Assembly: GCA_044224215.1 (NCBI GenBank)
Contig: JBGAKX010000004.1
Span: forward strand, 7,709 to 71,708
Length of the DNA stretch: 64,000 nucleotides
Source: Blastocatellia bacterium
GTDB lineage: Bacteria; Acidobacteriota; Blastocatellia; UBA7656; JADIYM01
Direction: 5' to 3'
A program made the translations under genes and the position numbers. A model generated the notes under the pieces. That model saw nothing but the letters and a program-made list of their open reading frames with translations. It was not told where the DNA came from and made no database searches. Of this stretch, positions 40,667 to 51,233 are shown piece by piece. Every line of letters begins with the position of its first letter. Position 1 is the stretch's first letter.

Positions 40667-42100
40667 TCGCGTCAGCGCCACGGGCCGCCGCCTCCAGTTC
40701 GTGTTCAATCCCACGACGATCGCTTCGACGTCCGGCGCGAACAACCGAACCGCGAGCGACACGCTTGCGTGCATCCGAAACAGCGGCGCCACCAGGTACA
40801 GGACCGGCGGCCGCGGGTCGAGCTCGATCCCCGGAAAGTACCCGCGCCGCGCAATCTCGCCGCGCAGGTGGTGCCAGCGGACGCGGCTCCAGTAGTTCAG
40901 GCCCTGCAGCGGCAGCGCGCGGTCCTCGGCCGCCTTCACCTCGATGACGGCGAGCCGCCCTCCGCGACGCACCGCGAGCAGATCGATCCGGTCGCGCGAC
41001 TGCCCCCGAAACGCCGGCACCTGTTCGTACGTGCAGCGCGGATCGATCAGCGGATCGATCGCTTCGACGTGATCGCGTAGCGTCGACACGAGCCATCGCT
41101 CGGGAAACGCACGGTAGAGCGGATGTTGCGGGTACGGCGCGTCAGCAGATCGCACGTGCTCGAGCTCGCGCACCATCGCCTCGTACGCCGGCCACGATGC
41201 GTCGTCGAGCCGGGCGCGTCGCTTCCCGGTTCCGGAACTCGCGACGTTGCCACGAGCAGATGCGATCTCGAGCCCGCGCATCGTGATCCGGTCGCGCGCG
41301 TCGCCCGCGCGCCGCGAGTGCCTGAGCACCGCCGGCGCGACCGCGAGCATCCGCGCGACGAGCGCACTCGCGGGAGGTTCGGCGATCGACCAGATCGCAC
41401 GACCACCTTGCGGAAGACCACCCTGGTCGTGCGGCCGCACCTCGGCGAGACCTGTCGTCGTCGCCACGTCGAAGAGCCGAATTGCCGCGCGCGGCGCACA
41501 CCAGACGAGCCGCTCGGCGAGCACCGACACCGCCGGCGGCGCCGAGAACACCAGCAGATCCGCCGCACGTCCCGTCGCGCGCTCCAGCCGGTCGCGCAGC
41601 ACGATGCCCGCCGCGAGCGCGTCGTCGGCAAACCGGTCCGGGCAGCGCGGCGCGACGGCGATCACGGCCGCCCGCTCACGGAGCCCGGTGCGGACGCTCC
41701 CGAAGATCCGATCGCCCCGCCGAGTCAGCGTGGCCGAGTCGGGTCCCCAGTGCCGTTCGATGGCGTGTCGCACCGCCTCCTCGAACCAGTCGTCTCCCCA
41801 GCTGAATGGCCCGAAGCCGTCCGGTGCAATCCGCAGAACACGTCCCGGACGGCCGAGCGGACCACGGACCTCGACGCGCAGCTCGCCGCCGCGCTCCTCC
41901 CATCCCGTGACGCGCCACATGCGGCCGGCATCTCCGGCGCGCAAGAGGACTTCGCCATGGCTCCCCACGAGCTCCACGCCGTCGGTCGCAAGACCGGCGA
42001 GGCTTGTCACGCCTTCGAACAGCGTCCAACCGCCGGCGGCGCGCACGGCAATCGCGTCGCGCAGCGCCTCAAAGTCGGTCGGACACGTGACTCGCCTCAT
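40643..42100 (-). CDS. Protein with a C-terminal NucS/EndoMS-like PD-(D/E)XK nuclease domain
   Basis: PERWL...RIDLLAVRRGGRLAVIEVK...LQGLNY matches the E...D...ExK...Q..Y pattern; alternative GTG start at 42112. Confidence 0.7.
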   Translation of the reverse strand: MRRVTCPTDFEALRDAIAVRAAGGWTLFEGVTSLAGLATDGVELVGSHGEVLLRAGDAGRMWRVTGWEERGGELRVEVRGPLGRPGRVLRIAPDGFGPFSWGDDWFEEAVRHAIERHWGPDSATLTRRGDRIFGSVRTGLRERAAVIAVAPRCPDRFADDALAAGIVLRDRLERATGRAADLLVFSAPPAVSVLAERLVWCAPRAAIRLFDVATTTGLAEVRPHDQGGLPQGGRAIWSIAEPPASALVARMLAVAPAVLRHSRRAGDARDRITMRGLEIASARGNVASSGTGKRRARLDDASWPAYEAMVRELEHVRSADAPYPQHPLYRAFPERWLVSTLRDHVEAIDPLIDPRCTYEQVPAFRGQSRDRIDLLAVRRGGRLAVIEVKAAEDRALPLQGLNYWSRVRWHHLRGEIARRGYFPGIELDPRPPVLYLVAPLFRMHASVSLAVRLFAPDVEAIVVGLNTNWRRRPVALTRVAADSRG

Positions 42101-42207
42101 GGTGGTTCGCACCAGGTGCGACGTACCACGATCGAGCGACGCACGCGCACTGTTGCGTGCAAACGCGCCAACTCTCTGAGCAGAAATGAGTTACGGGAAG
42201 ATGCCGC

Positions 42208-44030
42208 TCAGCGCTGCACGATTCGCGGCAGGACGTCGGGCTCGCCCGAGGGCCGAGCGACGCTCTCCATTCCGTTCGGAAAATACTCGTCCCAGCGGCA
42301 GTCGACGCGTTCGACGATCTCGGCGTCTGGGAAGAGCTCCTTGGGATAGGACGGTTTCACGCGCGCGTCGATGACGATCGGCGGCGTGTACGCCAGGTGG
42401 TGGCGGCGAATGTCGGCGCCAGCCGAGTAGATATCCCCCGCGGGCTCGAATCGCGTGAAGACGCTCCACAGGAACTGAGGCTGCGACTGAGCGACCGATG
42501 CATCATCGACGAGCACGACCAGCGGCCACTCGGCAAACGCGTCGTGCGACGCGATCGCCTGTGCCTGTGCCGGATCGTCGCCATAGGGCGCACCGGCAAC
42601 CGCGATGCACCCCGCACAGAACACTCGGACGTCCGACACGCCGCGAGGCGGTTCGCCGCGGAACTCGCGGGGGAGCTCGCGCACAGGGTCGCCGAGCCCA
42701 AGCAGAACGCCCTTCGAGCCGTGGTTGAGCTTTGGCCCCGTGTAGTCGAGCGTGTCGTGCGAGAGATTCGAGAAGATGAACAGGTCGCGCCACCACTCGC
42801 ACCGTGCGAGCACGTGCTCGAGGAGTCCCGCAAAGTCCGACAGGTCGCGCGACGCGTCCGTCAGGATCAGGAACTTGGTCAGCGACAGCTGTCCCTCGCC
42901 GAGAATGCGGAAGGCCGACACCATCGCTTCGCGTGCGTAGCGGTCGCGCACGACGGCCGCGGCGAGCGAATGAAACCCGGTCTCGCCATAGCTCCACAGG
43001 TCGCGAACGGTCGGCATCACGACGGGGAAGAGCGGCGACAACAGCGACTGCAGGTAGTCGCCGATGAGGAAGTCCTCCTGCCGTGGCTTGCCGACGACGG
43101 TCGCAGGGTAGATCGCGTCGCGCCGGTGATAGACGGCATCGGCGTGGAAGACAGGGAATTCGTGAGCGAGCGAGTAGTAGCCGTAGTGGTCGCCGAACGG
43201 GCCTTCGAGCCGCCGTTCGTTTGGCGGCACCTTCCCGACGATCGCGAACTCGCATTCCGCCACGATCGGGTGGACGCGATCCGGCGGCGACGGCGCGACG
43301 CGCGGCAGCCGTTCACCCATCAGGAGCGACGCCAGCATGAGCTCGGGCACGTTCTCGGGGAGCGGTGCGATCGCCGAGAGGATCAGCGCAGGCGGGCCGC
43401 CGAGCAGAATCGTCGCGGGCAGCGACTCGCCGCGCGATTCGGCGACGTTGTAGTGAAAACCCCGCCCTTCTGGATCTGCCAGTGGATGCCGGTCGTCTGT
43501 TGGTCGTAGACGTGGATGCGATACATCCCGAGGTTGTGAGCGCCCGTGTCCGGATGTTCGGTGTACACGAGCGGCAGCGTGACGAACGGTCCACCGTCCT
43601 CCTGCCACGTCGTCAGGATCGGGAGCCGGTCGAGCCGCGCGGGACGGTCCACGGCTTCGGTGACGGGACCCGACGACACGCGCTTGAGTCCAAGCTTGAG
43701 CCCTTGCATTCCGAGATGGCGGTAGCTCCACAGCTTTCCGAGCGTGGGAGGCATGATCGTCTCGACCATGCGGACGACGTCGCGGACAAACTGCTCCGGT
43801 CGAGGCCCGAACGCGAGGTCGATCCGGCGGGCGGTGCCGAACAGGTTCGTGACGACCGGAAACGAACTGTTTGAAGGATTTGTGAAGAGCAGCGCCGGGC
43901 CGCCGGCGGCGATGACGCGACGGTGGATTTCGGCGATCTCGAGGTGCGGATCGACTGGCGCGGAGATTTCGACGATCTGGCGCTCGCGGCGGAGGGTGGC
44001 GAGGAACTCTCTCAGGCTTCGCATGCTCAT
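42208..44030 (-). pseudogene. UbiD-family (menaquinone-pathway type) decarboxylase interrupted by a one-base frameshift at about 43460 (pseudogene or sequencing error)
   Basis: 5' frame: HLEIAEIHRRVIAAGGPALLF...TTWQEDGGPFVTLP...NLGMYR..HWQIQKG; 3' frame: GFHY...EGPFGDHYGYYS...GKPRQED. The join needs one more G in GGGGTTTT. Confidence 0.85.
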
Positions 44031-44190
44031 CGGCGACACGATATCAGAATCGATCCGCGCGCAGAGTGTAGCGACGATGAAAGCGCCGTCGCGCTTCGCT
44101 TGTCGGCGCACTCCAAGGAGTCGAGCGCATATGGAGTGCGCCGGCAAGCCCGAAGGGCGCGACGGCGCTTTAGGTCACGTCGCACGGTCG

Positions 44191-45849
44191 TCACTCATCC
44201 GTCACCACCTCGACCTCGCTGATCGCCGTGTCCAGCGAATCGCCGCCGTGATAGACGTCGTCAATCACGATGCGAATCCATGCGACCGGCCCGCCGCCAA
44301 TCGCAACCGACTGCTCGTGCATCATGCCGTCGAACGTCGCCGGTATCCGCCGCCCATCCGACAACTCGATCGTCACGTGCCAGAGCCGGTTGTTGCTCAC
44401 CCAGATCTTCGGGCTCTTGAAGTATCCCGGCGCGACCCTGATCGACTTCACCTGCGACGACTGCGACAGACGAACGGTCAACGCCTCGCCGGCCCCGTCG
44501 CCGGGAACGCCTTCGACCCATGCCGTCGCCAGATCGCCGTCCACGGCCAATTCGGCGCCGTAGCTGTTTCCACCCATCGACGGCCGGACGCTCGTCGCCG
44601 AGGCTGTCAGCGTCACCACGCCGGCCGACGGCTCGTACGACTTTGGCGCAACGGGCCCCGATCCGGCGGGAGGCTTCGCCGGCTCGGGTTGAACGGTGAC
44701 GGGCGGGCTTCCTCCTCCTCCCGACACGCCAGGAGGCGGCAACGGCCGCGGCCACAGGACATAAATAATGATAGCGACCGCGACGAGCAGCAGGATGCCA
44801 ACGATCGCACCGGCGCCGATCGCCACTTTCATACCGGTTCCCGACGGAGGGATGGACCGAACCGGAACGGTTTCCGGCGTGCCGCGAAGCCCTTGATCCA
44901 CAAAGGTTTGCTGGTCCGGGACCGTTCCTGCGGCCGGAGTCTGGGGCGCGGTCGGACGCCCCACCGGCACGGTCATCGTCGGTTGCGCAGGCGACGGTGC
45001 GACGTGAAGCTCGGTGCGCGACACGGCCTGCGCCCCTGGCCGCAACGCGGCGCGGAGCGCGGCGGCCGACGGCGGCCGATCATCGCGCCGGAGCGCCATC
45101 GCCGAATGCACCGCGACCGCAACCGATTGCGGAACAAGAGGATTGAGTTCGGTTGCCGGCCTGAGCGGGTCGGGCTGGCCGTTCACAAAACTGTCGGCGC
45201 GCTGGACCGCGTCGGGCGGGAGTATTCCCGTCAACAAGTGAAAACAGGTCGCCGCAAGCGAGTACAGGTCGCTGCGTGCGTCGGTGCCCGTTCCGCGAAT
45301 CTGCTCGAGCGACGCATAGTTCGGCGTGTAGCCGAGAACGCTGCCGGTGGTCTGCGTAAACTGCTCGGCCAGACCCTTCGCCAGGCCGAAGTCCAGCAGG
45401 ATCACGTTGCCGCGCGGCGTCAGCTTGAGGTTCTCGGGCTTGATGTCGCGATGGATGATCGGCGGCTCCTGCGTGTGCAGGTAATCGAGCAGGTCCAGCA
45501 ACTGGTCGGTCCACCGAAGGACGTCGTCGACGGGGAACGGAGTCCCGCGCGCCGTGAGCATCGCGCCAAGGTCCTCGCCGGCGATGTACTGCATCACCAG
45601 AAACTGACCGTCACCCTCGAAGAAGTGGTCGATGACGTGCGGCAGCCCGGCGTGCTGGAGCGTGTTGAGCAGCTTCGCCTCGCGCTCGAACGCCTTGCGC
45701 AGCTGGTCGCCCGACACGAGCGTCTCCTTGAGCGCCACCTTGCTGCCAAACCGCTGATCCGTTGCCAGATACACGGCGCCCATCCCACCTTGTCCGAGCT
45801 TTCGCTCCACAAGATAGCGGCCCTGAAGCACCGTGTTTGGCGTCAGCAC
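44191..45849 (-). CDS. Membrane Ser/Thr protein kinase with an extracytoplasmic discoidin/F5-8C-like domain
   Basis: [35 protein letters not shown]; one TM; [18 protein letters not shown]; GTG start after AGGA. Confidence 0.92.
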   Translation of the reverse strand: MLTPNTVLQGRYLVERKLGQGGMGAVYLATDQRFGSKVALKETLVSGDQLRKAFEREAKLLNTLQHAGLPHVIDHFFEGDGQFLVMQYIAGEDLGAMLTARGTPFPVDDVLRWTDQLLDLLDYLHTQEPPIIHRDIKPENLKLTPRGNVILLDFGLAKGLAEQFTQTTGSVLGYTPNYASLEQIRGTGTDARSDLYSLAATCFHLLTGILPPDAVQRADSFVNGQPDPLRPATELNPLVPQSVAVAVHSAMALRRDDRPPSAAALRAALRPGAQAVSRTELHVAPSPAQPTMTVPVGRPTAPQTPAAGTVPDQQTFVDQGLRGTPETVPVRSIPPSGTGMKVAIGAGAIVGILLLVAVAIIIYVLWPRPLPPPGVSGGGGSPPVTVQPEPAKPPAGSGPVAPKSYEPSAGVVTLTASATSVRPSMGGNSYGAELAVDGDLATAWVEGVPGDGAGEALTVRLSQSSQVKSIRVAPGYFKSPKIWVSNNRLWHVTIELSDGRRIPATFDGMMHEQSVAIGGGPVAWIRIVIDDVYHGGDSLDTAISEVEVVTDE

Positions 45850-46112
45850 GGCGAGGATCCTGCACACAAAAAGTTCATTTGATTCAACATTGCCATGAGT
45901 GGCGTCGTGATGTCACACTGCGGCACCAGCGAGACAGCGCGGCGCGGCGCCGATTCTCGGCCAGGTGGAACCTTTCATTGTTCAGGGTCACGGGACCTGC
46001 GGTTCCATTCAGCCCAACCGTGAACCGGTTCGGGCACGGCAGGACCTCTCCCGCCGACCTCGACAAGCGGACGGCACGACACGGGCGTTCCCTTTCTCCG
46101 GAGGCATTCCTG

Positions 46113-47480
46113 ATGGATGACGCGTTGACCGTTCACCGTCTTCACTTCGCGTTCACTGTGACCTATCACTACCTGTTCCCCCAGTTGACGATGGGGCTTG
46201 CTCCGCTGATTGTCATCTTCAAGAGCCTTTACCTGTGGAAGGGTGAAGAGCGCTTCAACATCGCCGCCCGATTCTGGGCCAAGATCTTTGCGGTCTCGTT
46301 CCTCTTTGGCGTCATCACAGGCATTCCGATGGAGTTCCAGTTCGGAACGAACTGGGCGGCGTTTGCGCGGTTTGCCGGCGGCGTGATCGGCCAGACGCTC
46401 GCCATGGAAGGCGTCTTCGCGTTCTTCCTCGAATCCGCGTTCCTCGGCCTGTTCCTCTACGGCGAGAAGCGGCTTGGCAAGAAGGGCCACTGGTTCGCCG
46501 CCCTGATGGTGTTCGTCGGTTCGTGGCTATCGGGGTTCTTTATCATCGCGACCGACGCGTGGATGCAGCATCCGGTCGGCTACACGCTGATGCCCGATGG
46601 CTCGGTCATGCTGCAGAGCTTCTGGGCGCTGATCTCGAATCCGTGGGCATGGCGCCAGTACTGTCACAACATGGGCGGGGCGGTCGTGACGGGCTCGTTC
46701 GCGATGGCGTCGCTCGGCGCGTTCTACGTGCTGACAAAGGCCCAGGCCGAGTACGGCAAGCTGTTCGTGCGCGTCGGAATCACCGTCGCGCTCATCGCCA
46801 GCTGCTGGCAGATGTTTCCGACCGGCGACTGGCAAGGCAAGATGGTCGCCCTGCACCAGCCGGTGACGCTCGCGGCCATGGAGGGCCTGTTCCATAGCGA
46901 CGAAGGCGCTCCGATGGTCCTGATCGGCCAGCCGAACCTCGAGACCCAGACGCTCGACAACTCGATCGAGGTTCCCTACGTGCTGAGCATTCTGAGCTAC
47001 AAGCGATGGAACGCCGAAGTGAAGGGCCTCGACGCGTTTCCGAAGGAGAACTGGCCGGACAACATCGCGCTCCTCTACTACAGCTACCACATCATGGTAG
47101 GCCTCGGGACGCTGTTCTCGGCCATCATGGCGCTCGCGGTGTTCCTGCTGTGGCGCAAGAAGCTCTTTACCACCGCGCCGGTCCTGTGGGTGCTGATGCT
47201 CGCGTTTCCGATGCCCTTCATCGCGAACACCGCGGGGTGGATCAGCGCGGAGGTCGGACGCCAGCCGTGGCTCGTCTACAACCTGATGCGCACCGAGCAC
47301 GGCATCTCGCCGATGGTTTCGTCAGGCAACGGAATGTTCACGCTGCTCGGTTTCATGGGCATGTACACGGTGCTCTCGATCCTGTTTCTTTTCATCATGT
47401 GGCGCGAAATCGAGCACGGACCCGCGTACCTCGATTCGCTGGACGCCGAGCTCGCACCCGCGGCCGGTGCCGTGAACTGA
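46113..47480 (+). CDS. cydA: Cytochrome bd ubiquinol oxidase subunit I (short Q-loop)
   Basis: HYLFPQLTMG, MEFQFGTNW, MEGVFAFFLESAF, AWMQHPVG, AEVGRQPW; GGAGG RBS. Confidence 0.96.
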   Translation: MDDALTVHRLHFAFTVTYHYLFPQLTMGLAPLIVIFKSLYLWKGEERFNIAARFWAKIFAVSFLFGVITGIPMEFQFGTNWAAFARFAGGVIGQTLAMEGVFAFFLESAFLGLFLYGEKRLGKKGHWFAALMVFVGSWLSGFFIIATDAWMQHPVGYTLMPDGSVMLQSFWALISNPWAWRQYCHNMGGAVVTGSFAMASLGAFYVLTKAQAEYGKLFVRVGITVALIASCWQMFPTGDWQGKMVALHQPVTLAAMEGLFHSDEGAPMVLIGQPNLETQTLDNSIEVPYVLSILSYKRWNAEVKGLDAFPKENWPDNIALLYYSYHIMVGLGTLFSAIMALAVFLLWRKKLFTTAPVLWVLMLAFPMPFIANTAGWISAEVGRQPWLVYNLMRTEHGISPMVSSGNGMFTLLGFMGMYTVLSILFLFIMWREIEHGPAYLDSLDAELAPAAGAVN

Positions 47481-47508
47481 CGCCCGAGAACCCTCGAAAG
47501 GTGACCTG

Positions 47509-48549
<1,041 letters not shown>

Positions 48550-48560
48550 CGCCGGGCGCG

Positions 48561-48604
48561 AAAAACTCGCGCAGGGACAGACTGACGATGTGTCCCTGCG
48601 CGAG
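48561..48604 (-). terminator. Intrinsic terminator between cydB and the convergent gene
   Basis: 14-bp stem CTCGCGCAGGGACA/TGTCCCTGCGCGAG followed by U5 on the minus strand. Confidence 0.75.
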
Positions 48605-48624
48605 GCGAGCCTCGTCCACGCGGC

Positions 48625-49770
48625 TCAACGTTGGGGGCTATCGACGTCCAATGCGGGCTCGGCCTGCAACTCCTCGACCGACACGACCACGTCGTCGGGA
48701 GCGCCCTCGACGACGTCCGGGTAGACGACCTGCTGGTCTTCGGTGTCGTTGTTGTCGATTCCGTCGAGTTGTTCCACGGCTGCGCGCGCGGCTTCGGCCT
48801 CGGCGTTCGCACGTGCCTCGGCGTCCGCCGCGAGCGCCTCGGGGAGCTCGTCGAGCGTCACGACCATGCTCTCGAACTGCGCCTTGACGTCGGCCTTTGC
48901 GCGGGGTGTCTCGGCGTCGTAATACTTCGCCGCGAGCCACTGTCCGGTCGTCCAGTCAAGCTGCTCCGCGGCCAGCTGCATGAGCCATCCCGTGTCGTCG
49001 CGCTCGCCCGCTCCCGGGTTCGCGATCCACACACGAAGCTGGTCGACCACGCGCATGTCCTTGAACCGCGCGAGGTACGACAGCAGCGGATATGCGGCAT
49101 CCGGCCGGTCGATCGACTGGAGCACCGTGATCAGCCGTTCAACCTGCATCGTGTCGATCGTGTCCTCCATCGACACCTCGCCGTCATCCTTGAGGTCATA
49201 GACGACGCCGGTTCGGCCCAGCTCGCCCATGCCCCACTCGCGCGTCGGCTCCTCCTCGATGCAGCGGATCGACCATTCGCCCTGGCGGCGGGCCCGCTCG
49301 ACCGAGTCCTCGATGTCCAGGGTCGCGAGGTACTCGACCACGCGTGCCGCAAAGACGTCGCGGCGCCATCGGTCCGTGACGTCGATCGATTCGTACGCCA
49401 GAAGATCGCCGTCGCCGTCGGGTATTCCGATAAATACGAGATACAAGCCGTCGCTTCCGTCCCCGAAGCCGGACATTCCGGCGACCGTCAGCGGCTGCGA
49501 GCCGTCGAACGGTCCCTTGAGCGACTGCACGATGTCGAGCGTCGCAAGCTGCACGGTGAACTCGTTGTCGTCGACCTTCCTGTTCTCGACGGTCAGGTCC
49601 CGCGCCGTTGCCACGACGATCGCATTCGCATCGCTGATGTACTCGCTGAGCCTGGGCGGCGCGGGGCACGCATGTGCCGTCCGAACACCGTACGCTGGAA
49701 GCATCGCCAGCGCGCACACGAATCCCAGCACACCCGGCAGCACGCGCCGGAGCCCGATCGTCCTCAGCAT
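48625..49770 (-). CDS. Hypothetical secreted protein (TIMP/NTR-like N-terminal pattern, helical middle, acidic tail)
   Basis: AAGGAG RBS; signal peptide ending AHA-C; CPAPPRLSEYISDANAIVVATA...DIVQSLKG. Confidence 0.7.
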   Translation of the reverse strand: MLRTIGLRRVLPGVLGFVCALAMLPAYGVRTAHACPAPPRLSEYISDANAIVVATARDLTVENRKVDDNEFTVQLATLDIVQSLKGPFDGSQPLTVAGMSGFGDGSDGLYLVFIGIPDGDGDLLAYESIDVTDRWRRDVFAARVVEYLATLDIEDSVERARRQGEWSIRCIEEEPTREWGMGELGRTGVVYDLKDDGEVSMEDTIDTMQVERLITVLQSIDRPDAAYPLLSYLARFKDMRVVDQLRVWIANPGAGERDDTGWLMQLAAEQLDWTTGQWLAAKYYDAETPRAKADVKAQFESMVVTLDELPEALAADAEARANAEAEAARAAVEQLDGIDNNDTEDQQVVYPDVVEGAPDDVVVSVEELQAEPALDVDSPQR

Positions 49771-49900
49771 GATGTTGTCTCCTTACCCCGTCGGGCCTTT
49801 AGACGTGAGAGGACTGCGTCCGGTTCCCGCCTGCGGCGGTGTCTGCCCGATCCCTGGCAGAAGAACGGGTCCGCTCGGCGATTCTTGCGAGCCCGTGGCG

Positions 49901-50365
49901 CTACAACGCCAGCAGTTCCTCGACGAGCTTCTCCTGCAGCCACTCCGCCAGCTGTGGCAGACCCCGTGAGGTCAGGAGCTGGTGCTTTGGATTCGCCCGG
50001 TACGAACCGTCGACGACCGAGCCGTTCTCGGCGCGGAACGCCCCGATGATGTCCTCGGACTGAATCTCGCCCTCGTCCTCGCCAACGCGCAGGTCGACCA
50101 TGAACAGCCACCCGTCGCCGTGCTCGCTCGCCTGATGCTGGAGCGCCGGGTCGTCCGCGCCATACTTGCCGATGACGTAGTTCAGAAAGTCCGAGAACTC
50201 GACGTTTGGTGTGAAGTTCGCTGGCGTAATGTCCGCGGCATCCTTGGGCACGGTTCCGACGACGGCGGGCGACGGCAGCCCTGCGGCGAGCGCCCTGTCG
50301 GGCGGAATCACGGCGAGCATGCTCACCCAGCCGTTCTCGGTCTCGACATCGTAGAGGTGGAACAT
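49901..50365 (-). CDS. Hypothetical protein (154 aa)
   Basis: ATG 50365; typical codon bias; GWLFMVDLR...EDIIGAF...GSYRANP motif; divergent from trpA. Confidence 0.7.
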   Translation of the reverse strand: MFHLYDVETENGWVSMLAVIPPDRALAAGLPSPAVVGTVPKDAADITPANFTPNVEFSDFLNYVIGKYGADDPALQHQASEHGDGWLFMVDLRVGEDEGEIQSEDIIGAFRAENGSVVDGSYRANPKHQLLTSRGLPQLAEWLQEKLVEELLAL

Positions 50366-50440
50366 CGGGCGGAAACCTAGCAGATCGGTCGGTCGCGGGG
50401 AAGATTCGCCCGTTTCGCGGATGCTATACTCGGCCGCGAC

Positions 50441-51232
50441 ATGTCGAGCATCCAGGGTCGGTTCGAACAGGCGCGCGCACGGGGTTGCGGGGCGATGATC
50501 CCGTATGTCACCGCCGGATATCCGTCGATGGAGATGACGGTCGATGTCGCGGTTGCCGTTGCGGAAGCAGGCGCCGATATTCTCGAGCTCGGCGTTCCGT
50601 TCTCGGATCCCGTGGCGGACGGACCCGTCATCCAGCGTGCGTCCGAGGCGGCGCTCGCCGCCGGCGCCACGCTCGAACGCTGTCTCGACGCCGCGTCCGA
50701 GATTCGGCGCCGATGCGATGTTGGCATCGTGCTGTTCAGCTACTTCAATCCGCTGTTTCAGTTCGGTCTCGACCGGCTCGCGGGGAGGCTCGCGGATTCG
50801 GGCGTCGACGGCGTGCTCGTGACGGATGTCGTTCCCGAAGAGGGAGAGCCGCTGATCGCGGCGATGCGACCTCGCGGCATCGACACCGTGTTTCTCGCGG
50901 CGCCGACGAGCACGTCCGACCGGCTCGAGCGCATCGCGCACGCGGCGACGGGGTTTGTCTACGCTGTCTCGCGCACGGGGGTGACCGGAGCGCGCGATCA
51001 GATGGACGCATCCGCGCGCGAGCTCGTCGCGCGGATTCGACCGCATACGCAGCTTCCCGTCGCGGTCGGGTTCGGCGTTTCGTCGAGCGAGCAGGTTGCT
51101 GAGATCTGGCGCTACGCCGACGGAGCCGTCGTCGGGAGCCGCATCGTGGCCGAGATCGAAGCGGCCTCCGGCGCGCCCGATCTTCCAGAGCGTATCGCCG
51201 GCCTCGTGCGCGGCCTGATGCCGGGGACATGA
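50441..51232 (+). CDS. trpA: Tryptophan synthase alpha chain
   Basis: PYVTAGYP, LELGVPFSDPVADGPVIQRA, SYFNP, FLAAPTS, YAVSRTGVTG, VGFGVS, DGAVVGS. Confidence 0.97.
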   Translation: MSSIQGRFEQARARGCGAMIPYVTAGYPSMEMTVDVAVAVAEAGADILELGVPFSDPVADGPVIQRASEAALAAGATLERCLDAASEIRRRCDVGIVLFSYFNPLFQFGLDRLAGRLADSGVDGVLVTDVVPEEGEPLIAAMRPRGIDTVFLAAPTSTSDRLERIAHAATGFVYAVSRTGVTGARDQMDASARELVARIRPHTQLPVAVGFGVSSSEQVAEIWRYADGAVVGSRIVAEIEAASGAPDLPERIAGLVRGLMPGT

Positions 51233-51233
51233 C

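Noticed and set aside
42208-44147. Two separate overlapping UbiD-like genes
   Set aside because: They are the two halves of one gene joined by a one-base frameshift.
45868-46112. FNR/Rex/CRP box upstream of cydAB (GTGATGTCAC, TTGATTCAA)
   Set aside because: Half-site spacing does not fit TTGAT-N4-ATCAA, TGTGA-N6-TCACA or the Rex consensus.
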